Source: Deltaproteobacteria bacterium TL4 (GTDB taxonomy: Bacteria; SAR324; NAC60-12). Taken from it: a stretch of 39,871 bases of DNA. Under the pieces are notes generated by a model that was given only the letters and a program-made list of their open reading frames with translations, did not search any database and was not told the origin of the DNA. The position numbers and the translations under genes were made by a program. Shown here piece after piece: positions 1 to 10,000 of this stretch; within the stretch, counting starts at the first letter, position 1; each line of letters opens with the position of its first letter. The stretch is taken from positions 1 through 39,871 of the forward strand of contig JBBCAX010000401.1 in the NCBI GenBank assembly GCA_051382335.1, written 5' to 3'.

Positions 1-163
1 TCATTCCTCCGTAAAACTATTAAATCCAATTAATTCCTGGAGGGAAGATATCAACATTTGGAAACTATGTCATCAGTAAAGGATCCTCGGATCGAAAACG
101 CATGACCCGGAAAATGGGAATGCGCCCCCTTACCACACAGTTTCTATCGGAGAAGTTCAAAAA

Positions 164-319
164 ATGCTGGCAAATTTACCGTGGGTTGCTCTCGAACAGG
201 TTGCTCTTGCGGAAGCAAGATCAGCCGTGAATCAGTGGAAAAATTTGGGAGTTTTTGCACATGCCCTAAAAAATCAACAATCAAGTGTGGATGACTTGTT
301 AAGTGATCTTGGGTTATAG
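164..319 (+). CDS. Small ORF (51 aa), or 3' remnant of a longer frame +2 gene interrupted by TAA at 77-79; ends in a CheZ-like C-terminal peptide
   Basis: Hand translation from ATG 164 (GGAG at 149-152): MLANLPWVALEQVALAEARSAVNQWKNLGVFAHALKNQQSSVDDLLSDLGL*. Frame +2 is open from 2-76 and 80-316. Not in the ORF track (<60 aa). Confidence 0.4.
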   Translation: MLANLPWVALEQVALAEARSAVNQWKNLGVFAHALKNQQSSVDDLLSDLGL

Positions 320-330
320 GCCGAAAAAAG

Positions 331-347
331 TGGGTATGCTAGTTGCA
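331..347 (+). promoter_or_regulatory. Possible sigma54 (-24/-12) promoter upstream of the GT2 gene
   Basis: TGGGTATGCTAGTTGCA has GG(333-334)-N10-GC(345-346) and resembles TGGCAC-N5-TTGCA. Confidence 0.3.
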
Positions 348-508
348 TTTCTTCAAACACGAACTGAAATAAGACGTGATGAGATGGCCCTATTAACTCC
401 CCAAGGATTGGGGAGTTTTTCAACAACCCACGTACAGTGCTTAATCGATTTTAGCTACAAGGACGTCCTAAGTTTAGCGCTTACTTCGTGTTAATAAAAG
501 GAATGACT

Positions 509-1642
509 ATGAAAAAACTAGCACTGTCTATTGTGATCCCAGTCTATAATTGCGCGCCTTTGATGGTACAATGTCTCCGGTCTCTGGAGCGACAAACTTC
601 TGAAAAATCAAAATTTGAAGTAATTGTTGTGGATGATGGCTCAACCGATGATACCGTCAACACCTTGAAAATATTCGCTACGCATAGTGAACTCAATCTT
701 AAAATTATCAGCGCTACTCATGGCGGTCCTGCGTCAGCACGAAATCAAGGAATTGCGCACGCCAGAACAGAATGGATCGCCTTTATCGATTCTGATATTC
801 AAGTCCATTCCTCTTGGGTGAATCGGGCAATACAGTTGATTGGGCAGTATCCTGAAATGGGAGGCTTTGAAGGACGCACAGAACTGTGCGATAAAGGAAA
901 CATTACGCCTTTTACCCACCAAACAGGAAACACCTCAGGAAATCGTTATCCTACCTGTAACTTAATCCTGAAGAAATCCTTATGTCATTTTTATCCAGGC
1001 TATAAAATTCCTTTTAGGGAAGATACGGATCTGGCGTTTGCGATCCTGGAATCGGGATATCAAATCAAATTTGACTATCAGTTGGTTGCCTTCCATCCGC
1101 CGCTATCGCCTTCTTACCTGAGACCGATTTGCCTGGCAAAACGCTATTACTATGATGGCTTGTTAAAAAAACGATTTCCGGAACGTTATAAAAATGATGT
1201 GGATGTTCATTATATCCTCAGAATGCGTATTCCTCATCTGCGACGGAAGATTTACAGCCTTTTCACACTCTCACAATTAGGTTGTTTGATCGCACTGTTG
1301 CCTGGTGTTTCCTATTTGGCGGTGTCCGGACTCATGGTAATGCATCTGCTCGCCTATGTTGCTGTAGTGATGATACATACCAAAAACTCAGATATTTCTC
1401 AGATGAAACGAGGAGACTTTGGCGTACTGATGATGGTTACTTATATCGTCCCCTGGGTGATGATTGTCCAACTTTTAAGGGGTCATTGGGCGTTTAAAGA
1501 TCAACCACAGTTCATTTACATACCTGCTGTTTCTCGTCCAGACTTTTCGCTATCTTCCATGGATAACAAGGTCATACAGATGCCTTATGCCGTTCCAATC
1601 AAAAAACAACAAGCTCGATCACCCATTGCGGTTTCACTCTGA
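509..1642 (+). CDS. Glycosyltransferase family 2 protein with C-terminal transmembrane helices
   Basis: SIVIPVYN, EVIVVDDGSTD, GPASARNQG, WIAFIDSD (DxD) and ED motif (REDTDL); hydrophobic C-terminal segments. AAAGGA RBS precedes ATG 509 (the ORF track starts at 488). Confidence 0.9.
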   Translation: MKKLALSIVIPVYNCAPLMVQCLRSLERQTSEKSKFEVIVVDDGSTDDTVNTLKIFATHSELNLKIISATHGGPASARNQGIAHARTEWIAFIDSDIQVHSSWVNRAIQLIGQYPEMGGFEGRTELCDKGNITPFTHQTGNTSGNRYPTCNLILKKSLCHFYPGYKIPFREDTDLAFAILESGYQIKFDYQLVAFHPPLSPSYLRPICLAKRYYYDGLLKKRFPERYKNDVDVHYILRMRIPHLRRKIYSLFTLSQLGCLIALLPGVSYLAVSGLMVMHLLAYVAVVMIHTKNSDISQMKRGDFGVLMMVTYIVPWVMIVQLLRGHWAFKDQPQFIYIPAVSRPDFSLSSMDNKVIQMPYAVPIKKQQARSPIAVSL

Positions 1643-1666
1643 TAAAATGAAGTGAACTCCTATGAA

Positions 1667-1696
1667 AGGTGCGCTCTTTCCTTCAGGAGCGCATCT
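1667..1696. terminator. Stem-loop between convergent genes, probable terminator
   Basis: AGGTGCGCTCT / GGAGCGCATCT stem with G-U pairs, 24 nt after the GT2 stop and followed by a C13 run. Confidence 0.45.
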
Positions 1697-1777
1697 GCCC
1701 CCCCCCCCCCTCTCTTATTTTTCTGGACTCCCCTGCCGCTTAACGCAACATCAAGTCACCCCCCGAAATTTCATGGC

Positions 1778-3124
1778 CTAGGTTTTGTGTGGTGAGATTT
1801 CCAGGATTTGTGTATTTTGAAATCGATGATTTTTTTTTGCTAAATCTGCTTGTATTTGCTTTGCCTGCTTTGGAGAAAAATACGTTCCTAAACGAATTTG
1901 GGTTTGTGGAATGACGTGAGAATCTTCACGTATGACAAATCGTAATTGTCCTGCAAAGCGGTAATTCAATTCAGTCTGGACATGAATCGCCCTGGATTTA
2001 TCGGGAAAGACACCTAAGGATATTCGATAGCGTTGACCTGTTTTTTTACGATAAGCATAGCCTGAAAGAGGATGTTCCCGATTGATCCGCTGAGCCCATT
2101 GTTCCGCCTTATAAGCGGAATATACTTCTTGAGATAAAATTTCACTCATAGACACGGTATCAGAAACTTTTGTGGTAAGAGGACGATAGCCGTATTTTCT
2201 CAGTAGTTGGACATAATCTTCAACGCAGGTTTTATAGTTGCATGTCGCAATAGATAAATAAAATTCTGTCTTTGGTGCAGGGGGTTGTTTTTTTTCAGGA
2301 ACTGGTGTTTTATCAGGAAGTCGAAGCACCGAAATTTTATTTAAAGGTTGCTGTTCTGATTTTGATAGCACGGCTGTTTTCTTTTTTTCCACAAACCATG
2401 GAGCTCCTCCAAAATAAACACCTCCTGATATTACACTCAAGATCCCAATCAGTAAGACAATCTCTTTCCAACGTCGTTTTGGCGATTGTTCTTCGAGCCC
2501 TTCATTGTTGGCGCCTTCCAGTGCCTCATCGAATGCATTTTCGAATTCATCAATGAACTCACTCCCCGTGGGCGCGTGAGGATCATCATCAAAACTTAAC
2601 TCCTGTATAGGCTCACCAAGATCCAAACCATCATTTTCGGGTTCTTCTTCGCTGTCATCCATAGAAGAAGCGGAATCACCAAAATCTTGGTCCTCAAAGG
2701 GATCTTCTGCCTCAAAATTATCTTCATCCGCTTCTTCCTCGTCGAAAGATGAGTCACCGCCCAGATCTGCCGCAAAATTGCTATCCGCAAACATATCCCC
2801 GTCGTCTTGACCAAAATCAACTTCCTGACTGTCCTCCATGGAACTGTCTTCAATGAATTCATCGTTCGTTTCAGAAGGACTATCCATCATCCCTGAATCG
2901 TTGTCATCTCCGGTAAAGTCATCAAAATCGTCAAGGCCCTCCAAATCACCATCAAGATTGAGGTCCTCATCTTTAAGGTGTTCAGTCGGGGATTCCGCAG
3001 CGTCGTCAGGATCATCTCCACTCACAAAATCATCGCCAAAGCCATCAACACTTGAAGATTCATCCTCGCTCATAAAATCTTCATCCAGATCAAAATCGAG
3101 GTCACCAAAATCGTCGTCTGCCAT
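1778..3124 (-). CDS. Single-pass membrane protein: very acidic disordered N-terminus (~215 aa), TM helix, C-terminal SPOR-like peptidoglycan-binding repeats
   Basis: D/E/F-rich N-terminus; KRRWK then TM segment IVLLIGILSVISGGVYF; SPOR-like motifs YRISLGVFPDKSRAIHVQTEL and IRLGTYFSPKQAKQIQADL; GGAG RBS upstream. Confidence 0.75.
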   Translation of the reverse strand: MADDDFGDLDFDLDEDFMSEDESSSVDGFGDDFVSGDDPDDAAESPTEHLKDEDLNLDGDLEGLDDFDDFTGDDNDSGMMDSPSETNDEFIEDSSMEDSQEVDFGQDDGDMFADSNFAADLGGDSSFDEEEADEDNFEAEDPFEDQDFGDSASSMDDSEEEPENDGLDLGEPIQELSFDDDPHAPTGSEFIDEFENAFDEALEGANNEGLEEQSPKRRWKEIVLLIGILSVISGGVYFGGAPWFVEKKKTAVLSKSEQQPLNKISVLRLPDKTPVPEKKQPPAPKTEFYLSIATCNYKTCVEDYVQLLRKYGYRPLTTKVSDTVSMSEILSQEVYSAYKAEQWAQRINREHPLSGYAYRKKTGQRYRISLGVFPDKSRAIHVQTELNYRFAGQLRFVIREDSHVIPQTQIRLGTYFSPKQAKQIQADLAKKNHRFQNTQILEISPHKT

Positions 3125-3370
3125 GATTCACTCCAAATTCTCCTTTAACAACGGACATGCCTAATTTTTTTTAAAATGATATTGAAAAGTCTAATGATCT
3201 CAAATGTTAAGAAAATTATTTTAAGTCTTCTCGTCAAATGGGTTGAGTCCCTCAAATATTTATTATATATTTTTTCGTATGCTGAATAACCAACTACAGT
3301 GATCCGATTGTGATTTGTCTTGGTGCGTTCCTTGCTACATTCATAAAGATCGAGTTCCTGGACGAAGGAC

Positions 3371-3396
3371 CGGCTTTCCGCCTTCGCAGGAATGAC
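3371..3396. repeat. Single degenerate copy of a GTCATTCCCGCGAAGGCGGGAATCC-type palindromic intergenic repeat
   Basis: CGGCTTTCCGCCTTCGCAGGAATGAC; the reverse strand translates as the typical VIPAKA motif. Confidence 0.5.
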
Positions 3397-3453
3397 AAAC
3401 TCTGTGTCGGGACAAAGCTGGTTCTGTGACTCCATTATAAAGAGGGCAAATTC

Positions 3454-3669
3454 ATGAAAAAGTCAAAAAAATCAACACAACTGACATTTGAAGAGCTTGA
3501 CTCCATGATTGATTGTGCCATCGCCAAAAACGATGGAAATCTAAAGAAACTGGTGCGCAATCCCAGTCAAGAAAAACTGATCCGACTGCCCTCTCATTTT
3601 GAAGAAGCCTACCAAAAAACAGTAAGTGAAGTGATTCATGACGAGCCCTCACTCAAAGAAGTCTCTTAG
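3454..3669 (+). CDS. Small hypothetical protein (71 aa)
   Basis: ATG start with AGAGGG RBS; fills an intergenic gap; composition of a helical, charged protein. Confidence 0.55.
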   Translation: MKKSKKSTQLTFEELDSMIDCAIAKNDGNLKKLVRNPSQEKLIRLPSHFEEAYQKTVSEVIHDEPSLKEVS

Positions 3670-3951
3670 CCCTCGTTCTTCAGTAAGAACCCTTCCCTCA
3701 ATAAAACCTCAGGCATAGATTATGCTCTTGATTTCACTAAGTGTAAGTGCTAGGGAAGACTCATAGTCAGACCTTATCTTTTTGACTTTTGTTACAGAAG
3801 CACATGCATTTTCTGGGCATCTTTATATAATTTTTTCAATTAACTTATTTAACCTGAGTTTTGAATAAGAATTTTAATATCAATTGAGTCTGATTGCGAA
3901 GAACGATTCCTTATTCCGAACTGGCGTTATCTAATTAAAATTTTGAGGTTC

Positions 3952-4404
3952 ATGGTGATACATTCGAAAATCAAGGATTTGTTTCAATGTATTAAGGATT
4001 GTGATTTAAAGACAAAGCTTTGGGTTGCTCACGCAATTGGTTACACCGCTACCGCCGATGGTGTGATTCAGCCTAGTGAGATGCCCTACTTGACAGCGAT
4101 GTTTGCCCTCCTTAAAGATGAAGGCATGGATGTTACCTCTTTGGCACAGTCTCTGATGAGGGTCAAACAACGCCCGCCACTCGAACCACTTGAGGTTCCT
4201 CAGCACATTTCAGAGCATATTTTCACGTTCATTTTGGGAATTTGCTCCGCTGATGGTCAGATTCAAGATGAAGAACTGATCTATCTTGACGAAGTCTACC
4301 GAGCCCTTGGACTGGATTATGAGCGCAAAGAGGAGTTGATGGAAATGGTTCTAGGGGAAGCTTCTGAAGCTCTGAACCAAATAACGCAACCGCTCAATAA
4401 ATAG
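3952..4404 (+). CDS. TerB-like (tellurite-resistance family) protein with two ADG..E motifs
   Basis: ATADGVIQPSEMPYL and CSADGQIQDEELIYLDEVYRALGL; GAGG RBS at 3945-3948 (start is 3952 ATG or 3955 GTG). Confidence 0.75.
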   Translation: MVIHSKIKDLFQCIKDCDLKTKLWVAHAIGYTATADGVIQPSEMPYLTAMFALLKDEGMDVTSLAQSLMRVKQRPPLEPLEVPQHISEHIFTFILGICSADGQIQDEELIYLDEVYRALGLDYERKEELMEMVLGEASEALNQITQPLNK

Positions 4405-4439
4405 CCTTTGGTCCTTAGTGCTTTTCGGAGATCACGTGG

Positions 4440-5189
4440 TTACATCAAAACTTTGATTTCATCCCATAATTTCAGATAAGCCTGGGCGGCAATGCTTGTC
4501 GGGGCAAAATCGATGACAGATGCCCGCTCAACGCTCATTCTCTCAACGTCAGCATTGTAAGGAATGTAGCTTTCCAGAAGATTGGGGATTTCCTTGTTTC
4601 GATGTTCAACCATTTCCTTATGAATTGATTTTCTCTTGTCGACCATGGAATAAAAGGGGTAAATCTCGATTTTTTTCAAATTTCTTTTCTTGCTTTTTTT
4701 ACAGTAGTCATAAACCTGCTCGAAGGCACGCATTGAGAGAGGAGCAGGCAGCATAGGAAACAGAACGAGGTCAGAAACTTGGAAGACGTTTTCAATAACA
4801 AGAGACAGAGAGGGAGGACAATCCAGGAATAAACATTCATATTCTTCACTTAAGGGTTTCAGCATTCTGCGAAAACGATCTAAAGGATTTTTCACCTGGT
4901 TCAAAGAAAGATCCATATAGCGGTAAGAAAAGTCCGCAGGTAATAAATCGAGGGACTCATAATCAGTCCCTTTGATATGAGAATTGATCGCATTGATACT
5001 CCGTATAAGCTTTTTGCCTCCACCTTTAACCTTGGGCTTAATCCGAAAGTAGTAACTTGTTGCCCCTTGGGGATCCAGATCCCAAACCAAGGTTTGTGCC
5101 CCTTCTCTAGAAGACATATAGCCCAAATTAACGGTTGTAGAGGTCTTGCCAACTCCGCCTTTGATATTGTAAATCGCTATGATTTTCAT
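4440..5189 (-). CDS. ParA/Soj/MinD-family ATPase (orphan, no adjacent parB)
   Basis: Deviant Walker A KGGVGKT, DLDPQG and LFLDCPPS (Walker B). Confidence 0.92.
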   Translation of the reverse strand: MKIIAIYNIKGGVGKTSTTVNLGYMSSREGAQTLVWDLDPQGATSYYFRIKPKVKGGGKKLIRSINAINSHIKGTDYESLDLLPADFSYRYMDLSLNQVKNPLDRFRRMLKPLSEEYECLFLDCPPSLSLVIENVFQVSDLVLFPMLPAPLSMRAFEQVYDYCKKSKKRNLKKIEIYPFYSMVDKRKSIHKEMVEHRNKEIPNLLESYIPYNADVERMSVERASVIDFAPTSIAAQAYLKLWDEIKVLM

Positions 5190-5198
5190 AGTTTTTTT

Positions 5199-6764
5199 CT
5201 AGTTTTGAGGTTTAAAAAGACTTTTGAATCGCTCTTGTATGGCAGGAGCCGAAAAACGAGCAAAGCGGTTGGAAAATTCCTTCCGGGCATGATGTTGACG
5301 GTCTTCTGTATCTTGCACTAAAATGCCCATGGACATGAGCGCCGTTGCGGGGACCTCGCCTTCGTTCATCATCTGTGCGGCAAAACGCTGCATTGACAAA
5401 AGTTGAACTTCATAATCTTGAAACTCACCCAGGTTATCTTGAAGCGTTTTTAACTCTTTAACTAAAAATTGAATCTCCTCTACGGGATAAAGACTTTCAA
5501 AAAATTCCATCAAGTACCGTAGCTTTTTACAAGTCTTCCTCAATTCATGAAGAAATGTTGGAGAGGTGGCTTCGACAATGTGACTCCCTTCTTCAAGCGC
5601 TTGTTTATAGGTTTTCCAAATACGTTGATTTGCCAGGTTTATAATGGGAGTTACCAAAAGAGGCATGTCTAAAAAAGAATGAGGATAACTCTCTAAAAAC
5701 TGGTGAAAATCAGATTTCAACTGACGATAGCGTTTTGAATTTAAGGCCTTGGCTAATAACCGCTGTTCTTGTTGTTGATGACGTTTAAGAAAGTCCAGAA
5801 AAGGAATCAACTCTCGTTGAAACGTTGGGGATAATGAGCTTTGATAGCCGTCAAAGTTCAGCAGGTACACATCCAAGTCACGTGTCGGCCCTGTCACCTG
5901 TCCTAACCAGAAAAAATCGGTTTTAAACTGCTCCAACTGAGTTGAAGGAAAGGCTTCTTTTAATTGTGTGAATGCTGATCGGGAGCGACGAATGGCAACC
6001 CTGAAATCATGTAAAAACTCAGAATCAATATTTTGTTTGGTTCCACTTTCATTTAACTCAATAATCTGCATCAGTTGGGACATGATGTTTTTTACAGCAT
6101 CACCGACTGTCATCTCAGGCGTAAAATGAAGCTTGGGTTTTGAAGCGTAATTTTGAGGATTCACCCCTGAATTTTTTAAAGCGGATGAGACAAAATCACT
6201 TTCTGTCGCTTTTAATATTCCGAGCGAGTCAACCACCTCAGTCACACGCTCGAACGGTTTTAAATATCCACGAACCGGGAGTACGATTAAACGATTTTCT
6301 TTTGACGTCGTCTCCATTTCACCCATTTTAGCTAAGGTATTCTCTTCTATGGCAAGACGAACAATTGTTTTCCCTTCATCATCAGTGATTTTAAAGCCGT
6401 GTAACTCTGTTTGTAAGTTAATTTGAGGCAACAACTTTCTCATCTGCAAAATAGGAGCAAGGATGGTTTTTAAGGAACTTTCAGGAATGTCATTCAGCAT
6501 CTTGGGGATTCGTGTCACTTGAACACTGTCTAGGGGATTAGGATCATCCAGCGAATACCATCGAAGCCAATTTTTGTTTCTGATACGCTCGACAGATAAG
6601 AGTCCTTTTTTAGAATAAAGTCTCCAATCAAAACTATCATAGTAGGTTCGCTTAATTGTTTGGGATGGCTCTGGATCCAGCGTGAGTGCCCTAAATAATT
6701 CCTGTTTGAGCTTATTGATTTCTACATTTGCTGGAATAATAAATTGTGTCGAACCGGTCGTCAT
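5199..6764 (-). CDS. CHAD domain protein with an N-terminal CYTH-like domain (polyphosphate-binding family)
   Basis: CHAD motifs EFLHDFRVAIRRSRS, TRDLDVY, LHELRKTCKKLRYLMEFF and LQDNLGEFQD; N-terminal YYDSFDWRL resembles the CYTH fold. Confidence 0.88.
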   Translation of the reverse strand: MTTGSTQFIIPANVEINKLKQELFRALTLDPEPSQTIKRTYYDSFDWRLYSKKGLLSVERIRNKNWLRWYSLDDPNPLDSVQVTRIPKMLNDIPESSLKTILAPILQMRKLLPQINLQTELHGFKITDDEGKTIVRLAIEENTLAKMGEMETTSKENRLIVLPVRGYLKPFERVTEVVDSLGILKATESDFVSSALKNSGVNPQNYASKPKLHFTPEMTVGDAVKNIMSQLMQIIELNESGTKQNIDSEFLHDFRVAIRRSRSAFTQLKEAFPSTQLEQFKTDFFWLGQVTGPTRDLDVYLLNFDGYQSSLSPTFQRELIPFLDFLKRHQQQEQRLLAKALNSKRYRQLKSDFHQFLESYPHSFLDMPLLVTPIINLANQRIWKTYKQALEEGSHIVEATSPTFLHELRKTCKKLRYLMEFFESLYPVEEIQFLVKELKTLQDNLGEFQDYEVQLLSMQRFAAQMMNEGEVPATALMSMGILVQDTEDRQHHARKEFSNRFARFSAPAIQERFKSLFKPQN

Positions 6765-7030
6765 TCATTCCCTTATTCGGTAGTTTTTTTATCCTGATTG
6801 AATTAATAGACTCAAAATGTGCAAACACTTCACTTCAGCGATCGACTCTGCCTGGTTGAAAATTAGATTCCTCGTTTCCCGGAGCAAAGTTAATTGACTC
6901 AAGGCCTGTAGGAATCCTCATTTTTCAAAGCGTCAAAGTATTTCTTTACAAATAACGGCATAAGAGTTAAGTCTTTTCTAAATAATTTCAAAATAACGTT
7001 GGAAAAAATGAAATCCGCCCTGTTTTTGGT

Positions 7031-10000
7031 TCAATCGAAAAAATAATGTAACGATGTTGTTTTAATCGCTTTTGATTTATTAGGGTTGATATTCAAAATA
7101 GCGATTACTTCCGTTTTGATTTTAGGTTTAACGTTAATTACCATCAAATCAACAGTTTCCATAATTTGGAAAAGTCCTCTACCGGCACCTCCTTTATTTT
7201 TATTCAAACTGCCATGTCGTCCTTCATAGCAACTTTCCAGGTAGTTCAAAATGGTATCCCGATCCAAAGCACCAAAGGGATCAATCACCGAAATGGCTAA
7301 AAACAAGCCATCACAGGCATAACACATTCGTCCTTGTTCTGTCTTTTTTAAGTAAACGGGCACTGTTCGAGGCAAATGATTATATAAAGAATTCCCATCA
7401 GCATCCATTGGCGCATCGTAAATCGCATTCATCAGCAATTCCTCCGCAACCATAGCACATCGACTAATCAAGGGGCGCCGGATTCCTAAAGCCTCCAAAT
7501 CGATTTCCAACTGACTGATCAAACCATTTCGGCTTTCACTATCCGCGATAACATGCTGAGTTACGTCTACCCCCCAGTTTAAATACTTTTCGAGTCCAAA
7601 AAGATCATCACTGATGAGTTTACTGACCGTTGTAATAATATTTTTCAGGGTGAAACTTCGATCTTCTTCATCTCTGGATACAATATTCGACAAAACAGGG
7701 TGTTTCCGCCATAAAGGCAAATAGTCCCTGGGGCTTTTTGAAGTCATGAAAACGGATCGGACGTTAGGTGATTTTTCCAAGGCAATCTCAGTCAGTTCAA
7801 TTAACTCAGAATTGATGCACAAAATATCATATTGGTTTTGTGAAAGCAGATTTTTGCCTTCCTCCAGATCGGTTGCAATATCCAGCGTAACGCCTGTTCC
7901 TCCCAGCGCCATTTTAGCGATAATCTGCTGTTTCTTATCCGTCTCTGCGAGAAGAACACGCTTATTTTGAATGGCTTGCTCTGAACGCAGTAAGGAAGTC
8001 ATGGGGCGCAGCATTTCATCAATTTGGTGGATTTCTCGGGACGCCTGACGGATGATCGTTTTGGTACCTTTGTCCGAATTTTTCAATAGAATCGCCAGTA
8101 ATTTATTCAGGGCGCTTAAATGGGTATTTTGAAGAACACTCACTTTTTGTAAGAGTTGTTCTTTCGTTGCATTTAAATCCTCCAGTTTACGATTACTGGC
8201 CGCTAAGGTCGTGTTTTGTTGTTCCAATTTTTGCATGGAAGATTTGAGTTGCTGCGTTCGTTCCAAGATTTTGTTTTCAAGTTCAAACGTAAAACTGATC
8301 TCCTCCAAGGAAATCGCAAGTGATTGAGAGAGGGTATCAATAAACTCTTTATCCTCCACACGAAAGGTCGTTTGATCCAGTCCTTTGATTTGAATAAAGC
8401 CAATAATCTGATCATTGTGCCAGATGCAAACATCCAGAGAATGAGGCGTGATCAGACACCCTGTGGTTGGGAGGGTTCCTGTTTTTTCCTCAATATTCTT
8501 GGGCAATTGAAAGCTAAAACTGTGAACCACATTACTGACATTGTCAGTTTGAATGGAGGGAACCCCCTCTTCAGGATGTGCGATATTCATTTGAAAAATA
8601 GCATACCCTACTTTTCCACTCGCCGTTTTTTCTTGAAAGGCAATGAAAATATCCACAGCTCTGGATATCAACGTCTGTTTCAGGATGATGTTGGACGCTG
8701 TGATCATAACACTGAACTTGTCTCTTGAAGAAGCGATTTTTTCTGTCGCCACCAAAAGAACTTCCAATCTTTTCTTTGCCCAATTCAAGGCTTCATTGGA
8801 AATATGAAGATCCACGATTTTATGACGTATCGCGTCACGCATCGTGGCAAAACTTCTTGCCAAATTTCCCAGTTCATCGGGACGGCTGGTATCAATCGCA
8901 TGATCCAAATTACCCTCTGCAAGTTGATTGGCTGAATTTTGTAAAAAAACAATAGGTTGAATAATGACTTCTCTGGTAAACGCAAAGATGACAAACATCA
9001 CAACAATGGTTCCTAACAGAGAAATTAATAATATTTTCAGCAGTAAATAAAGAATCAGACCGATCAATTCCTGGGTTGGGCTCAATACCACAACGGCCAA
9101 AACACTTTTATCAGACTCATGAAAACTGATATTCTGCTGGGTATAATAATAATCGTTACCATTCAAATGCGTTCTTTTAGGATGAACCAGCTCCACAGGA
9201 TTGCCATGCTGAAGAGTGGATAATAGTAATGATTGGTTAAGCGCAAGTCCTGTGTCAAAGTTCAATTTTTCTTTAGCTTTACTCAAAAACGTATCATCCA
9301 GCATGAAGTCCACGACCACCATGGCGACCGGTGTGGTTCTGTCCTCTCCGGACTCAATATCCCTTACTTTCGCATTCAGTCGCATACGTAATTGTATGAT
9401 GACCTCATGCTTCCCCTCTAAGATCTTCGTATGGATCAAGGCATTATCAGTTTCTATCTCTAAAAACAGGGAAGGTTCCGGTTTTGTCTGACTTTGATGG
9501 AAACCGTTTGATTCATACGCTTGATCCGTAGTGGTTTCATTCAAGCGCACTTCCTCGAAAAAAGATTGGTTCTGAAGCTCAATAGCGTTGTGATCTGCGT
9601 AATAAATTATGGGGTTCGTCACCTTTCCTTTTTGAGTATAGCGAACAATCCATGTGCCCTGAGAATTGATCCGAAACAACAAGGTTGGTTTGGCAGAAGG
9701 GACAATATCATGAGGCGACAAAAGATAGTAACTCACTTGTGCAAGGTTATGAGCTTTTTGAAATTGCAGAAAATGTTGTAGGATGTGAAGGTGAGACCGA
9801 AGCGCCTCGATTTGCTCAGCACGACCAATCATACTTACGTTTTCTTTCTGATTTAGAAAATAGTAAGGGCTGAATACTGTATTTTCTCCAATATAATCAG
9901 TTAAATTTGGCAGTAACATCAGGTTTTGAATCTCACGAACCAATAAACGATATCTCGTCATTAGATCATCTGCGAAACGTTCAGTAATGCTATTCAACTG

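Noticed and set aside
1698..1710. C13 homopolymer as a phase-variation tract
   Set aside because: It lies between two convergent 3' ends, not in a CDS or promoter, and its length may be a sequencing artefact.
2838..3164. Ser-rich 108-aa ORF on the + strand
   Set aside because: Antisense shadow of the Asp/Glu-rich codons of the SPOR gene.
3394..3430. GACAAAC...GGGACAAAGC resembling a c-di-GMP-I riboswitch
   Set aside because: No GNRA-capped P2 stem or correct P1/P3 pairing.
3145..3435. 96-aa minus-strand ORF containing VIPAKAES
   Set aside because: The motif is the translation of a palindromic DNA repeat; the rest is AT-rich promoter-like sequence.
4440..5189. ParA as a chromosome or plasmid partition gene marking a mobile element or origin
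   Set aside because: No parB, rep, integrase, gidAB or dnaA context; the neighbours are chromosomal genes.
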